DNA of 64,000 nucleotides from Dudresnaya verticillata (Eukaryota): NCBI GenBank assembly GCA_977862235.1, contig OZ374562.1, positions 2,790,001 to 2,854,000 of the forward strand, read 5' to 3'. Shown piece by piece: positions 48,484 to 59,605 of this stretch (position 1 is its first letter; each line of letters starts with the position of its first letter). The notes under the pieces were generated by a model. It saw only the letters and a program-made list of their open reading frames with translations, ran no database searches and was not told where the DNA came from. The position numbers and the translations under genes were made by a program.

Positions 48484-49436
48484 CTTGCTTGATCGAACTC
48501 CTCCACAAGACCGCTAAGCTTCTCGCGAAAGTAATTACTGTGACACTCAGCAGATCCGTAAGGGGCTCGATACCGTCAAGACAGTGTGGCAGCGGATCAG
48601 TAGCGCCGTAGCGCCGCAGGCGCTAGTCGTCCGTAGGGGAGCGCTTGTTGCTCACCGGGATCGCCAAGGGAGAGAGGATAAAGTGGAAATGGCACGTTCT
48701 TTGGCTAGGTCGTCTACCCTCCTCGTCTCTCACGATCAAGGTTTTTCTCAGACGCTGCCTTTACTGTGTTTTTGGTCCCTCTCCGCATTCCCGGCCCGAC
48801 TCCGCCCTCGCCTCCGTTTTCGTGCTGGAACCTGAATCGGGCCAGCGTGAGGTTTTCTCCGAGACAGTCTGTCACCTGTCTTGGTCACACTCTCCGGGGC
48901 TGCTCTTTCGGTCAGCCGACCTTCGCGCCAAAAGGGGTTCGCGGAAAGGACTCCCGAAAAGCATTTGCAGTGGGGTTCCACAACACTGCCTGACAGAGGA
49001 AGGGGGGATTACCTGCAGTTTGGCCAGATGTTGAACATATGTTGTTCTACCAGGGTGACGGATTGTATTGTTCCTATCCTACTGGCTACAGATACTTGCA
49101 ATGAATCTGACACGGCCTCGAGTCCATTCAAACCTCGTCGGCTAAATACAAAATACACCCCACGGCCAGACACAGTCATGCAAAGCACCACCACGGCATG
49201 CAAAGGCACCACCACTCTCTGTATCCGATAGTGGATAGATTTCGTATCGTTTGGTCATTTGCATGTGAGCTTGCAAAGACGTGTTACGACTATTCACGCA
49301 GGCTCGTACCTCCAATACCTTAAAAGGAGACCATCACCGCGCAGAATTGATGATTGCCCATGCTTCTGCTAGAACAGGAAGCAGTTTTATTCTTGTAGAG
49401 TCGCACGCAGGCAAAGTCTCTCTGCGAACGTGAGCA

Positions 49437-51062
49437 ATGCGCGTACGCTACCTACTTCATCCTGCGCTACTCGTTGCTCACCTGGCTACGGTGTGGGCTG
49501 GTGACCCAGAGTCATCCGATTTTATCATCGTTGGCGCCGGAACGGCAGGGTGTGTCCTAGCCGCGCAGCTTTGCACAAAACTTCCTGAATCTACCTTTAC
49601 GCTGTTGGAGCGCGGTCCTCCTCGAAATGAACAAGCCGACTTTCTTGTTCGTTCGCCGCGCCAAATGTGGAATTCTTGGTCGTCCAATTTGGTTGTCGAG
49701 TCCTTCCCATCTGTACCTGACTCCGGTATTGACAACAGAGCACCAAACATCATCGCTGGTAAAACCCTAGGCGGATCCAGTGCTATCAATGGTATGCAGT
49801 GGGTTGTTCCCGTAAAAGGAACCGTGGAGAAATGGAGAATCAAAGGATTAACTACAGCATCCAGCTTGAAATACTACAGACAAGCGTTTAACAAGGTGGG
49901 CTTCAAGGCCCAAATGGGTGGTTTGCGCCAAAGATACACCGCTGACTTCATTAAGGCAGCTCGTCTAGCTGGCTATCCAGAGAATTCCGACCCTTTCGAC
50001 ACCAGAAACACAAGAGATGTATTTGAGAACAGACTTGCTGTTGATTCAAAGGGGAGGAGGGTAGACTCATGTACTGCCTATTTGACGCCCGTATTGAATG
50101 GAACGTGCAAGAGCAATTTAAAGCTTCTACAAGGCGTGACAGTGACAAAGATCATTCTTTCGACCAAGAGGAGGCCTGGCCGAGTACCGCTACGTCGTGC
50201 AACTGGTGTGCAATGGGTTGCTTCCCGTGACAAAGCAATGAAGAGTAAGCACATTGTCTACGCCAAGAAGGAAGTGTTGATAGCTGCTGGTCCATTTGGG
50301 TCACCAAAGTTGCTGCAACTGTCAGGCATTGGGCCCCGCCAAGTTCTCCGCAATGCCGGAGTTCGAATTAAAGTGAAGCTTCCGGTGGGTGAAAGAACAC
50401 AAGCACGAACATTCACTGCAATCGATAGCTCTTACGCAACGGCTCTAGAACCGTCAAACAACTCGACGTTACTAGACTCGGCTGCTTCTCGAAAGCAATG
50501 GGACGACGGGGACGGGGGTGTTCTCGGCATTGCTTCGTTCATCGCCAACGGCAGGGACAGGAAGGATTCATACACTACAGGAACTGGGAGCTTCTTCCAG
50601 GCGCTTGTGGACCGCAAGGTGATGTCTGCAAACTGCAACGGGAATACCAAGTCATTCGGATACCTTCGTATTAAGGATGCAAATGCGTTTAGTGCTCCAC
50701 AAGTTGACTTTGCTCTTCTTAGGAAGCAGTCTGACGTGGATAGATCGCGAAGGTGCCTCAAGCGGCTCACCAGGGTGCACTCTGAGTTTCAAAAGCTGAC
50801 CGGAGGGCAGTTTTTGAATCCATCGGATGGGGTGATCACAGACAAGTGGATTCGAGAGAACGCCGGGTGGGCAGGACATTTTGTCGGCGGCTGTGCGGTC
50901 GGAGGCGTTCTGAGGTCGGATCTGAGGGTTCGCGGGGTTTCTAGGCTTCGCGTGGTCGATTCTTCTTCCCTCCGGGTGATTCCGGTGTCGGCTGGGCCGA
51001 TGGCGTCGGTGTACATGCTGGGCGAGTATATGTCTGAGGTGATCAGCACGTTGTACAAGTAA
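49437..51062 (+). CDS. Secreted GMC (glucose-methanol-choline) oxidoreductase
   Basis: Signal peptide; DFIIVGAGTAG FAD-binding motif; GKTLGGSSAING; AAGPFGSPKLLQLSGIG; C-terminal GHFVGGC...LRVRGVSRLRVVDSS. Confidence 0.95.
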   Translation: MRVRYLLHPALLVAHLATVWAGDPESSDFIIVGAGTAGCVLAAQLCTKLPESTFTLLERGPPRNEQADFLVRSPRQMWNSWSSNLVVESFPSVPDSGIDNRAPNIIAGKTLGGSSAINGMQWVVPVKGTVEKWRIKGLTTASSLKYYRQAFNKVGFKAQMGGLRQRYTADFIKAARLAGYPENSDPFDTRNTRDVFENRLAVDSKGRRVDSCTAYLTPVLNGTCKSNLKLLQGVTVTKIILSTKRRPGRVPLRRATGVQWVASRDKAMKSKHIVYAKKEVLIAAGPFGSPKLLQLSGIGPRQVLRNAGVRIKVKLPVGERTQARTFTAIDSSYATALEPSNNSTLLDSAASRKQWDDGDGGVLGIASFIANGRDRKDSYTTGTGSFFQALVDRKVMSANCNGNTKSFGYLRIKDANAFSAPQVDFALLRKQSDVDRSRRCLKRLTRVHSEFQKLTGGQFLNPSDGVITDKWIRENAGWAGHFVGGCAVGGVLRSDLRVRGVSRLRVVDSSSLRVIPVSAGPMASVYMLGEYMSEVISTLYK

Positions 51063-52351
51063 ACAAGCGGTTGTTGACGTTGTGCGCTACCGAACAGCAG
51101 CAACTCTATCGTCGCAATGCTCGCATTGGGCTGGCGCAATAGGCAGCGCCCGATTGGCTGACATGCACCAATCAACTAGCGGCGGTCGAAAGGCTATTGA
51201 CCAATGAGATGGCTGGGGGCCAACTTGACTGAAGGCCCTGGCACCTGTTTCGGTGTCGGACACGCCCACTGCACGGTGCACGAGAGAGCCAAGCATCTCG
51301 ATGAGAATGTGCCCCCCCTCTGGCTAGCTGCTGCTGCAATGCTCACATCCACACCACCCCGTGCCCTCATGCCCCCTCTCGAGTCACTTCTTTTGGGCTC
51401 ATGAATCAAGAGAGACTTCCTGCGGAAGATTATTCGCCGCGATCCCAGCAGGACCACGTCCGTCGTGGAAGGCTGCTTCCAAAGGCGAGGAGGGGAAAGT
51501 TCCACTGTATTATATTATTATGTACCGGCGCCATAAAGAATTTTCCTCCGCCGTACGGTGGCCTATCTCTGATCTCGGCTTTCGCAAGCCAGTGTTGACA
51601 CCCTGAACAGCTATGCCTTATCTTTCTCCGGTGGACTGTCGCACGCGAAACTGCTTTGCATTGTGTATTCCGGTTCGCTATAATACCCTACAAGTACAAA
51701 CAAACCGAGAAACATCTCCAATGCTCGACTTGGTTTAGCCACAGTTTAGCACGCTATCTGCTAGTCGTCCAGATGATATACAATATAAAAAGTTGCAGAC
51801 CACGGTCAAGTAAGATCCCATTTTCCAGATCCTTCAATTCCCAGTTTCCCTGTGGCAGAAGCCTTCGTTGCTTTATTTATGGTAAGCTTCATCAGCCGAA
51901 GAGTCTTGGAACCTGTGCTAACCTCTTTAGAGAAACTCAAAATATGAACCAAATGCCCTCTCTCGCCCCACTATTTCTGAGGTGCTCCAGCTTTCACCAT
52001 TGTCATCATTGCATCACAGATTGCACGCTGTTCCGCTACTTTTCTAGTCGTAGCAGATGGAACTGCCTATCATAATATACAGTATTCCCGTGTAAATGTT
52101 GTGCACAACACTACACAGATTGCCATGGAGATCGCTTTCCGTCGTAGGGCCTCATTCTACCATTATAGACCAAAGCGTTGTTCAACACCACAGCATAGCA
52201 AAATTTCAAAAGCAACCTCTATGCATTTACCAGGGCAAGTACTGGAACAAGTGTGGTAACCCAACTTACTCTGAAAGAGTGCTCAACTAATCCTCAACCT
52301 CAGAGCAGCGTTTTTGTTCACTTCTCTCCTACTCCTCACTCACCATTTATC

Positions 52352-53776
52352 TTACTCCACTATGACCTCAAAAAGATGTGGCGGTACCCCAATAACGCTT
52401 CTCGCATTCTTGTGTGAAAAGCTGGGCTCCCTAAGCTTATGCGTCCCTGCATTTCTCTCATATTTCCACACGTTGCCCTCAAGTCCTTTGTACGTGTGGA
52501 CTGCAGATATATTCGCCCTCGACGAAAATCCAGCGTCGATAGCCCCGAGCACGTCCAGGAACGAGAACGGCGAATCAATCTTAATATGGTGAACAAACCT
52601 AGCCACTTCTACTGGGATCGGATCCTGCAACATCATGTTCCCGTAAGCCTCGTCGTCCAACGGTCTAATCCACTCACTCAGACCTCCAATGTACCAGTTC
52701 ATGAACAGAATAAGTCTGGCAAACGTACACGTCGCGCTCGGACTGATCCGGTCAAGGAACGACTTCTCCATAACTATCTTCCACTCTGTCGGGTTTTCAC
52801 TCGTCTCCACAGACCAATTCTTTGACCAGCCAGCGGAGAATGATGCTGACGCACTGAAGAGTGATGTGGCGCTGATTTCAAACCCTGCGCTGATTGTTGC
52901 CTCAAAAGAATTTTCTCCCCCCTCCGTAAACGTTTCTGCGAGCACGAATTCCCTGTAGTAAAGACCTGAGGACCCATAACCGCAGGAGGAGAGTTCAAAC
53001 TTCCTTCCTTGAGCCTCTACAATGAAGCCTCCGGCTCCCAACAGCTGATGGTAGATCCGCTTTTTCGCGATACTCACCGCATACTGCCCGGGGTCCAAAT
53101 TCTGTCTCACTGCGGCAATGTAGTCTTGCAAGAACATTTGCTTTGCTCCGCGCCATTGGGCCAGAACTGCGCCGTCTTTGCTTGGGTCGTCGAACAAGGT
53201 CTTTGCCCATTGCAAGGCATTGGCAAAGGAACCCTTGGCGGATTCAGGCGGGTTCTGGACGTCTTTGCCCAACAAGGAGTATATTGTCCGCATTAAGTAG
53301 ACGGTCCTTGACCATGCTGATCTATGGGGCCTACCGCCATGGGTATCAAACCAGATAGCGAGGTTCTCCGTCTCTGCAGCAGTGTCGCCGAAGAGCAAGC
53401 CACATCTCCATAATTTGTTATAGGTTTCCCGTTCTCCTCCCAACGTATTCACCATCTGGATAGAAGTGCTCTCTTCCATTTTGGCGAAATTGGACTCTAA
53501 GAGGGAAGAATCCACGTGATTACAGGATTTATCGACGAGTTCCTTGACAGTGTAGTTGGCAGCATATTGGTTGTCGTGGTCGCCCCACCACTTTGAACCC
53601 ACGTTGTTTGGGTCATAGTGCATTATCTCGGAAGAAGCAATGTCGGAAAGGAATTCATGGTAGGTCTTCTTGCCTGGGGTTTCAAAGAAGGATATTTGAG
53701 CGGAGCTCATGTGAATGAGGTAGGACGAGATCTCAGACGAAAAGGCGCTCTGCGCGGAACGAACTCCGGCACTCAT
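52352..53776 (-). CDS. Orphan 474-aa protein, paralog P1 (candidate beta-pore-forming protein)
   Basis: Long ORF; full-length paralog at 55622; amphipathic Ser-rich hairpin SFEATISAGFEISATSLFSASASFSAGWSKNWS. Confidence refers to the CDS, not the function. Confidence 0.85.
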   Translation of the reverse strand: MSAGVRSAQSAFSSEISSYLIHMSSAQISFFETPGKKTYHEFLSDIASSEIMHYDPNNVGSKWWGDHDNQYAANYTVKELVDKSCNHVDSSLLESNFAKMEESTSIQMVNTLGGERETYNKLWRCGLLFGDTAAETENLAIWFDTHGGRPHRSAWSRTVYLMRTIYSLLGKDVQNPPESAKGSFANALQWAKTLFDDPSKDGAVLAQWRGAKQMFLQDYIAAVRQNLDPGQYAVSIAKKRIYHQLLGAGGFIVEAQGRKFELSSCGYGSSGLYYREFVLAETFTEGGENSFEATISAGFEISATSLFSASASFSAGWSKNWSVETSENPTEWKIVMEKSFLDRISPSATCTFARLILFMNWYIGGLSEWIRPLDDEAYGNMMLQDPIPVEVARFVHHIKIDSPFSFLDVLGAIDAGFSSRANISAVHTYKGLEGNVWKYERNAGTHKLREPSFSHKNARSVIGVPPHLFEVIVE

Positions 53777-55621
53777 GTTTTGCGGATTGTTTTTCCAAGA
53801 GAAGTATTAGCGGGAGAAGAGGGTAGTGGGTAGCATTCGCGAGTGCGATAAGGAGCGAGTCGGTCAGGAATATGTAGGCAACTTTTCTGCGAGGGCTGCA
53901 ATATAGAAGAGGAGCAGTGCGCATTACGATATATCCCCTATTGCATTGTGCGACGTGACAGCGGAGTGTTAGATCTGTGCTGCAGGTGAAGCCCGCCTCC
54001 CCATTTGCACCGGACCTTTTCCATCGGGCTTTGTTAATCAGGGCGGTTCTGGGTGAAATGAGCGACAATGAGCGCACGCAAGATGGATGCAAAAGAGGCT
54101 CGTGCATTCGACAAACTGGAAGCACATGGCCTTTGGGCTCTGGGCGGCTGTTGCATCTCGGCTCCCGCTTTCGATCTCGGCGCGCACCCGACATAGGGCG
54201 GGGCAACTTGAGGAACCTTCAATATCCGGAAATGATGGGATGAGGATTTTCGGCAACTTTTTTCGTCATACAGCGTGTCTCGCAGGCATGCCTGGGCATA
54301 GTGCCCAAGTCATACACTGCAGACAACCCTTATTGTAAGAATAATCCGTGTGGATAGCTCCATATTCCTTTACCGAGCTTCGGGGAATATTTCGAGCAAG
54401 TACTGGAGCACTCTTTCAAAACACCGAGAATCCATTTCGCAACAGAGATGCATTCAGCTTCTCTCCAGTTTGTTCACATGTTTTGTAGCGATGCGTTGTT
54501 CTCGTTCGCGGCTGGAAGCCGCTAGCGGGAGCTACTAATGCAAACTCTGCCTCATGTATACAGTCGTATTCTTACTATCGAGCAATTTGTCCCTCATACG
54601 TAGGCTGTTTTGCGGGCCACCGCAGATGACTTTCGCATTCTGTATTCCCATATCACAAATTCCTTTATCGAAGCATTATTATATCACGGAGTGTCTGTAC
54701 GTTGTTCGGCTGTTCTGAACATGTAACATACAGCATGCAATATCTTCGCGAGCATTGAAGCATCTCACTGAAGAATGAATGTGGAACGTCCGTGCTGTGC
54801 CCATCCACACCCTCAGATGTCTAATGCCTCGTTTTCGACATGCTCTTCGGTAGATATTATCCACCGCTATCTGATTGGCTTGAGATGGCGTGCTGCGCAT
54901 TGCTACATGCAGAAGGTTTATACTTTTCTCTCTCTGTCTGCATACAAAATATCCATTTCATCATCAGTCACAACTTGAAGTACACACGCCAACATCGCGC
55001 TGATGACTACTGGAAGGCCATGGCAGGCAGGCATGCAGGACGTCGACGACACCAGTACCTGTTTATGCGCAAAACAAAGCGAGCAACTGTTTGTACACAT
55101 TACCATGAAGTTTCGTCACCCGCCATGTCGACAGCCACCCGTCCATGTTATTGCATCAGCTGCCACAATAGAGCTGCAAGAGCAATGGATGTCGATGGAG
55201 CCTGCCACACGTCTGCTCCAAGTAAGTGAAGCTGGGCATCCACGTTGGCGTTTTGAAGCAATATATCATACAGTGCGTTTCATAAAACCCTCCCGTCAAT
55301 GTGAACCATGATAAACCTTGCCACCCCTGCTGGAGCAATATCTGCCAGTGAACCAATAATGATGGTCGTCTCCTCTTTCACAGATACCTAACGGTCCACA
55401 ACCGTGCCTTTGAAATACCATGATCCCACTAGAGTTGAATCAACAGTCCTCCCCTCCTTTGGCACACGCTACCTACGAAGTACCTACGTGGCACTACTTA
55501 ACTCCGAAACTAAGTCTAAATTCTGGAAAAGCAACTGCCGTACTACTCTCCTTTCCTCCACACCCACCGACACAGTCTGGTCTTTGCCTGTGAACAGTTC
55601 TCTTACGGCAGTCCTGACGAC

Positions 55622-57046
55622 ATGAGCACTGGAATTCGCGCCAAGCAGAGCTCATTTTCTTCGGATGTTTCTTCTTACCTCATCCACATGAGCTGTGCTC
55701 AAGTGTCCTTCTTCGAAACCCCGCCCAAGAAGTCGTACAATGAATTTCTATCTGATACTGCCACTTCTCAGATCATGCACTATGACCCAAACAACGTGGG
55801 TTCAAGGTGGTGGGGCGACCACAACAGCATATATGCTGCCAACTACACTGTCAAGGACCTAGTTGATAGATCTACCCAACATGTCGATTATTCTGTGCTA
55901 GAAGCCAATTTCGGAAAGATAGAAGATAGCACTGCTACTCAAATGGCAAGGCAACTTCCAGATAAAGATCCCAACTCGTACAAAAGGTTATGGAGATCCG
56001 GGTTGCTAACTTCGGACACAACCCAAGAGACGGAGACAATCGCTATCTGGTTTGATACCAATGGAGGGAAGCACCACAGATCGGCGTGGTCAAGGACCGT
56101 GTACTTGTTGCGCAGCATAGTGTCCGTGCTGGGTCAAGATGTGAGGAACCCGCCTGGAGAGGCTCAGCATGATTTCAACAAAGCTTTGGAATGGGCAAAG
56201 ACTCTGTTCGATGACCCGAAGAGGGATGCTGAAGTGCTGGCACAATGGTTGGGAGCAAAACAAATGTTTCTTTTGGATTACATAGCTGCGGTGAGACAAA
56301 ACTTGGACCCCGGGCAATACATTGTAAGTAATGCGAAAAAGCGGATCTATCGCCAGTTGATGGGGGCAGGGGGCTTCATTGTAGAAGCCCAAGGCAGGAA
56401 GTTCGAGCTGTCATCCAGTGGATACGGCTCTTCAGGGTTGTATTACAGGGAGTTCGTGCTAGCGGAAACTACTCTTTACGGAGGTGAACAGTCCTTTGAA
56501 GCCTCTGTCAGCGTCGGAGTTGAAGTTAGTGTAGAAAAGGTCTTCAGTGCATCAGCGTCATTCTCCTATGGCTGGTCAAAGAACTGGTCTGTGGAGACGA
56601 GTGAAAATCCAACGGAATGGAAAAGAGTCAGGGAGAAGACCTTCCTTGACCGGATCAGCCCGAGTGATTCATGTACATACGCACAACTAATTCTATTCAT
56701 GAATTGGTATGTTGGTGGGCTTAGTGTCTGGATCCAGCCTTTGAGCGGGGAGAAATATGGGGGCCTAATGTTACAGGAGCCGTTCGAAGTGGAGGTCGCG
56801 AGATTTGTTGAGAACATTAAGATTGACTCGCCTTTCAAGCTGTTAGATGTTTTTGCAGCAGTGGACACTGCCTTTCGTTCAAGGAAACGTATATCGCCTG
56901 CACATATATACGAAGGACGAGATAAACGTCTGTGGATTTTCAAGAGGAAGGGAGGTGGGAAACTGAGGGATCCCGACTTTAGTCTTGAGAACGCGAAGAG
57001 CGTGATTGGAATACCGAAACGCATGCATGCTTCAATGGTGGAATAG
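55622..57046 (+). CDS. Orphan 474-aa protein, paralog P2
   Basis: Colinear with P1, mostly conservative substitutions; transcribed divergently from P1. Confidence 0.87.
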   Translation: MSTGIRAKQSSFSSDVSSYLIHMSCAQVSFFETPPKKSYNEFLSDTATSQIMHYDPNNVGSRWWGDHNSIYAANYTVKDLVDRSTQHVDYSVLEANFGKIEDSTATQMARQLPDKDPNSYKRLWRSGLLTSDTTQETETIAIWFDTNGGKHHRSAWSRTVYLLRSIVSVLGQDVRNPPGEAQHDFNKALEWAKTLFDDPKRDAEVLAQWLGAKQMFLLDYIAAVRQNLDPGQYIVSNAKKRIYRQLMGAGGFIVEAQGRKFELSSSGYGSSGLYYREFVLAETTLYGGEQSFEASVSVGVEVSVEKVFSASASFSYGWSKNWSVETSENPTEWKRVREKTFLDRISPSDSCTYAQLILFMNWYVGGLSVWIQPLSGEKYGGLMLQEPFEVEVARFVENIKIDSPFKLLDVFAAVDTAFRSRKRISPAHIYEGRDKRLWIFKRKGGGKLRDPDFSLENAKSVIGIPKRMHASMVE

Positions 57047-59605
57047 GAGATTAAAACGAAACTTCGATGCTGACATATTGTTACGTTGTTGCGGATAAGA
57101 ATGCATGCAAGTACCCGGGCAGATTACATAGCACAGCCAAACTCGTGCAACGAAAAAGACTTGAGGGTAGTCCAGTTATGCTTGTAACGGACATTGCCTC
57201 GGTTTAGCAGCTCTAGAAAATAAGGCGATATTCTAACAATAGAAGCCATCTGTGTGGTGCATTCGCCCAGGCAGGTCAGCATAATTACTCAGTCGCAATA
57301 TTTTGGCCCTCAATCGTACCATGGCATTATCTGCCGACAAAGACCCAAGCGGCAAGAGCAGTTTAAGAGGATCGGAGAAAGAAAACAGCTGTAGAAGGGC
57401 ATTTTGGCTCTACGAAACTTTCATCAACGAGGGAAGTGCAGTGGGTGGATTCAAGTGTGGATTAGTTTTAATAAAGAGGAGGGAAACACAGTAAGTATGA
57501 AGTAGGAAGATATTAAAAGACAGTATAGAATTGGTAGATCAGATAAGATAGTGTAATTGAATCTGTCATAATAGTTCTTCTAACTCTGATGCCGTACACC
57601 AAGAGTGAACGAACTATTGAGGGTACTTATATACTTGCTACTTCTCAGCTTGAGATAGTATTCTAGTAGTTCAGAAAGTCTAGAAGACTATAGACGTTAC
57701 TACAGTGTTAGTGGAAGTCTGATATTTTAGCAATAACTCTAAACAAATATCCATCAAGAATACAAGTTAGATATAGTTACTTTCCTTTATTCAAAGGTCG
57801 ATTTCCGTGATATCCCGACCTGGCTGTACCGCACAGGGGTGGACGGGGAGTGGGATCCTGGGAAGGAGCGGAAAATCGAGAGAACATAATAATATGACTA
57901 TTTTAATTATTTCTGCGAGCTTCTCCTGTTGGGACGCGTGTTTTATATTTATTGTAGCAGATCCAATAGAAATAAAAGCTTGTACAGGACAAGGGAAAGG
58001 GCAGTCTTGTCTTGAGCACGTCAAGTTGAAAACATTTTTGTAGACAGCATGAGAAAAAAGCAGCTCTCTACCTTCTTTTCCACCCTTGCACCCTTGCAAC
58101 TAAATTGCTTTGAGAAGACTTTTAGCTACTGCGATTTATAATCTGACAGTTCATTCAAGTGATCATCCCTGAGGCATGTCTGCATTCTGAGTGTTAAGCA
58201 CAGACGGCTTATCCCAAAGTCGGAAAGTGAGTGCTCTCCAACTGTTGTGTCCTGAGAAGAAATTGTTTAAGGTCCGCTCGCTCATCTCAAGTCTAGTACT
58301 GTGGAATGTACCAGATTGCTTCTTAGTGATGATAGCGATGATGGGGGACCTTAATCAAGAAAAAAGTTGGACCACCACAGCCACAAAACAGGCATGGTAA
58401 ATGTACTGGGTGTGATTGACGATAGCCCAGTACGGAGGGATAAGCCGTCTGTGCTTAACACTCAGAATGCAGACATGCCTCAGGGATGATCACTTGAATG
58501 AACTGTCAGATTATAAATCGCAGTAGCTAAAAGTCTTCTCAAAGCAATTTAGTTGCAAGGGTGCAAGGGTGGAAAAGAAGGTAGAGAGCTGCTTTTTTCT
58601 CATGCTGTCTACAAAAATGTTTTCAACTTGACGTGCTCAAGACAAGACTGCCCTTTCCCTTGTCCTGTACAAGCTTTTATTTCTATTGGATCTGCTACAA
58701 TAAATATAAAACACGCGTCCCAACAGGAGAAGCTCGCAGAAATAATTAAAATAGTCATATTATTATGTTCTCTCGATTTTCCGCTCCTTCCCAGGATCCC
58801 ACTCCCCGTCCACCCCTGTGCGGTACAGCCAGGTCGGGATATCACGGAAATCGACCTTTGAATAAAGGAAAGTAACTATATCTAACTTGTATTCTTGATG
58901 GATATTTGTTTAGAGTTATTGCTAAAATATCAGACTTCCACTAACACTGTAGTAACGTCTATAGTCTTCTAGACTTTCTGAACTACTAGAATACTATCTC
59001 AAGCTGAGAAGTAGCAAGTATATAAGTACCCTCAATAGTTCGTTCACTCTTGGTGTACGGCATCAGAGTTAGAAGAACTATTATGACAGATTCAATTACA
59101 CTATCTTATCTGATCTACCAATTCTATACTGTCTTTTAATATCTTCCTACTTCATACTTACTGTGTTTCCCTCCTCTTTATTAAAACTAATCCACACTTG
59201 AATCCACCCACTGCACTTCCCTCGTTGATGAAAGTTTCGTAGAGCCAAAATGCCCTTCTACAGCTGTTTTCTTTCTCCGATCCTCTTAAACTGCTCTTGC
59301 CGCTTGGGTCTTTGTCGGCAGATAATGCCATGGTACGATTGAGGGCCAAAATATTGCGACTGAGTAATTATGCTGACCTGCCTGGGCGAATGCACCACAC
59401 AGATGGCTTCTATTGTTAGAATATCGCCTTATTTTCTAGAGCTGCTAAACCGAGGCAATGTCCGTTACAAGCATAACTGGACTACCCTCAAGTCTTTTTC
59501 GTTGCACGAGTTTGGCTGTGCTATGTAATCTGCCCGGGTACTTGCATGCATTCTTATCCGCAACAACGTAACAATATGTCAGCATCGAAGTTTCGTTTTA
59601 ATCTC

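Larger units (their letters stand above)
37059..48982 (-). mobile_element. Full-length Ty3/Gypsy chromodomain LTR retrotransposon (element B); its 3' LTR is interrupted by element A
   Basis: 444-bp LTRs: 48539-48982, and 37059-37146 plus 43284-43639; TG...CA ends; TSD ACAC (37055-37058 and 48983-48986); gag-PR and pol ORFs. Confidence 0.96.

Noticed and set aside
53777..55621. Small ORFs duplicated in both palindrome arms
   Set aside because: Their identity reflects the duplication only; no coding signal
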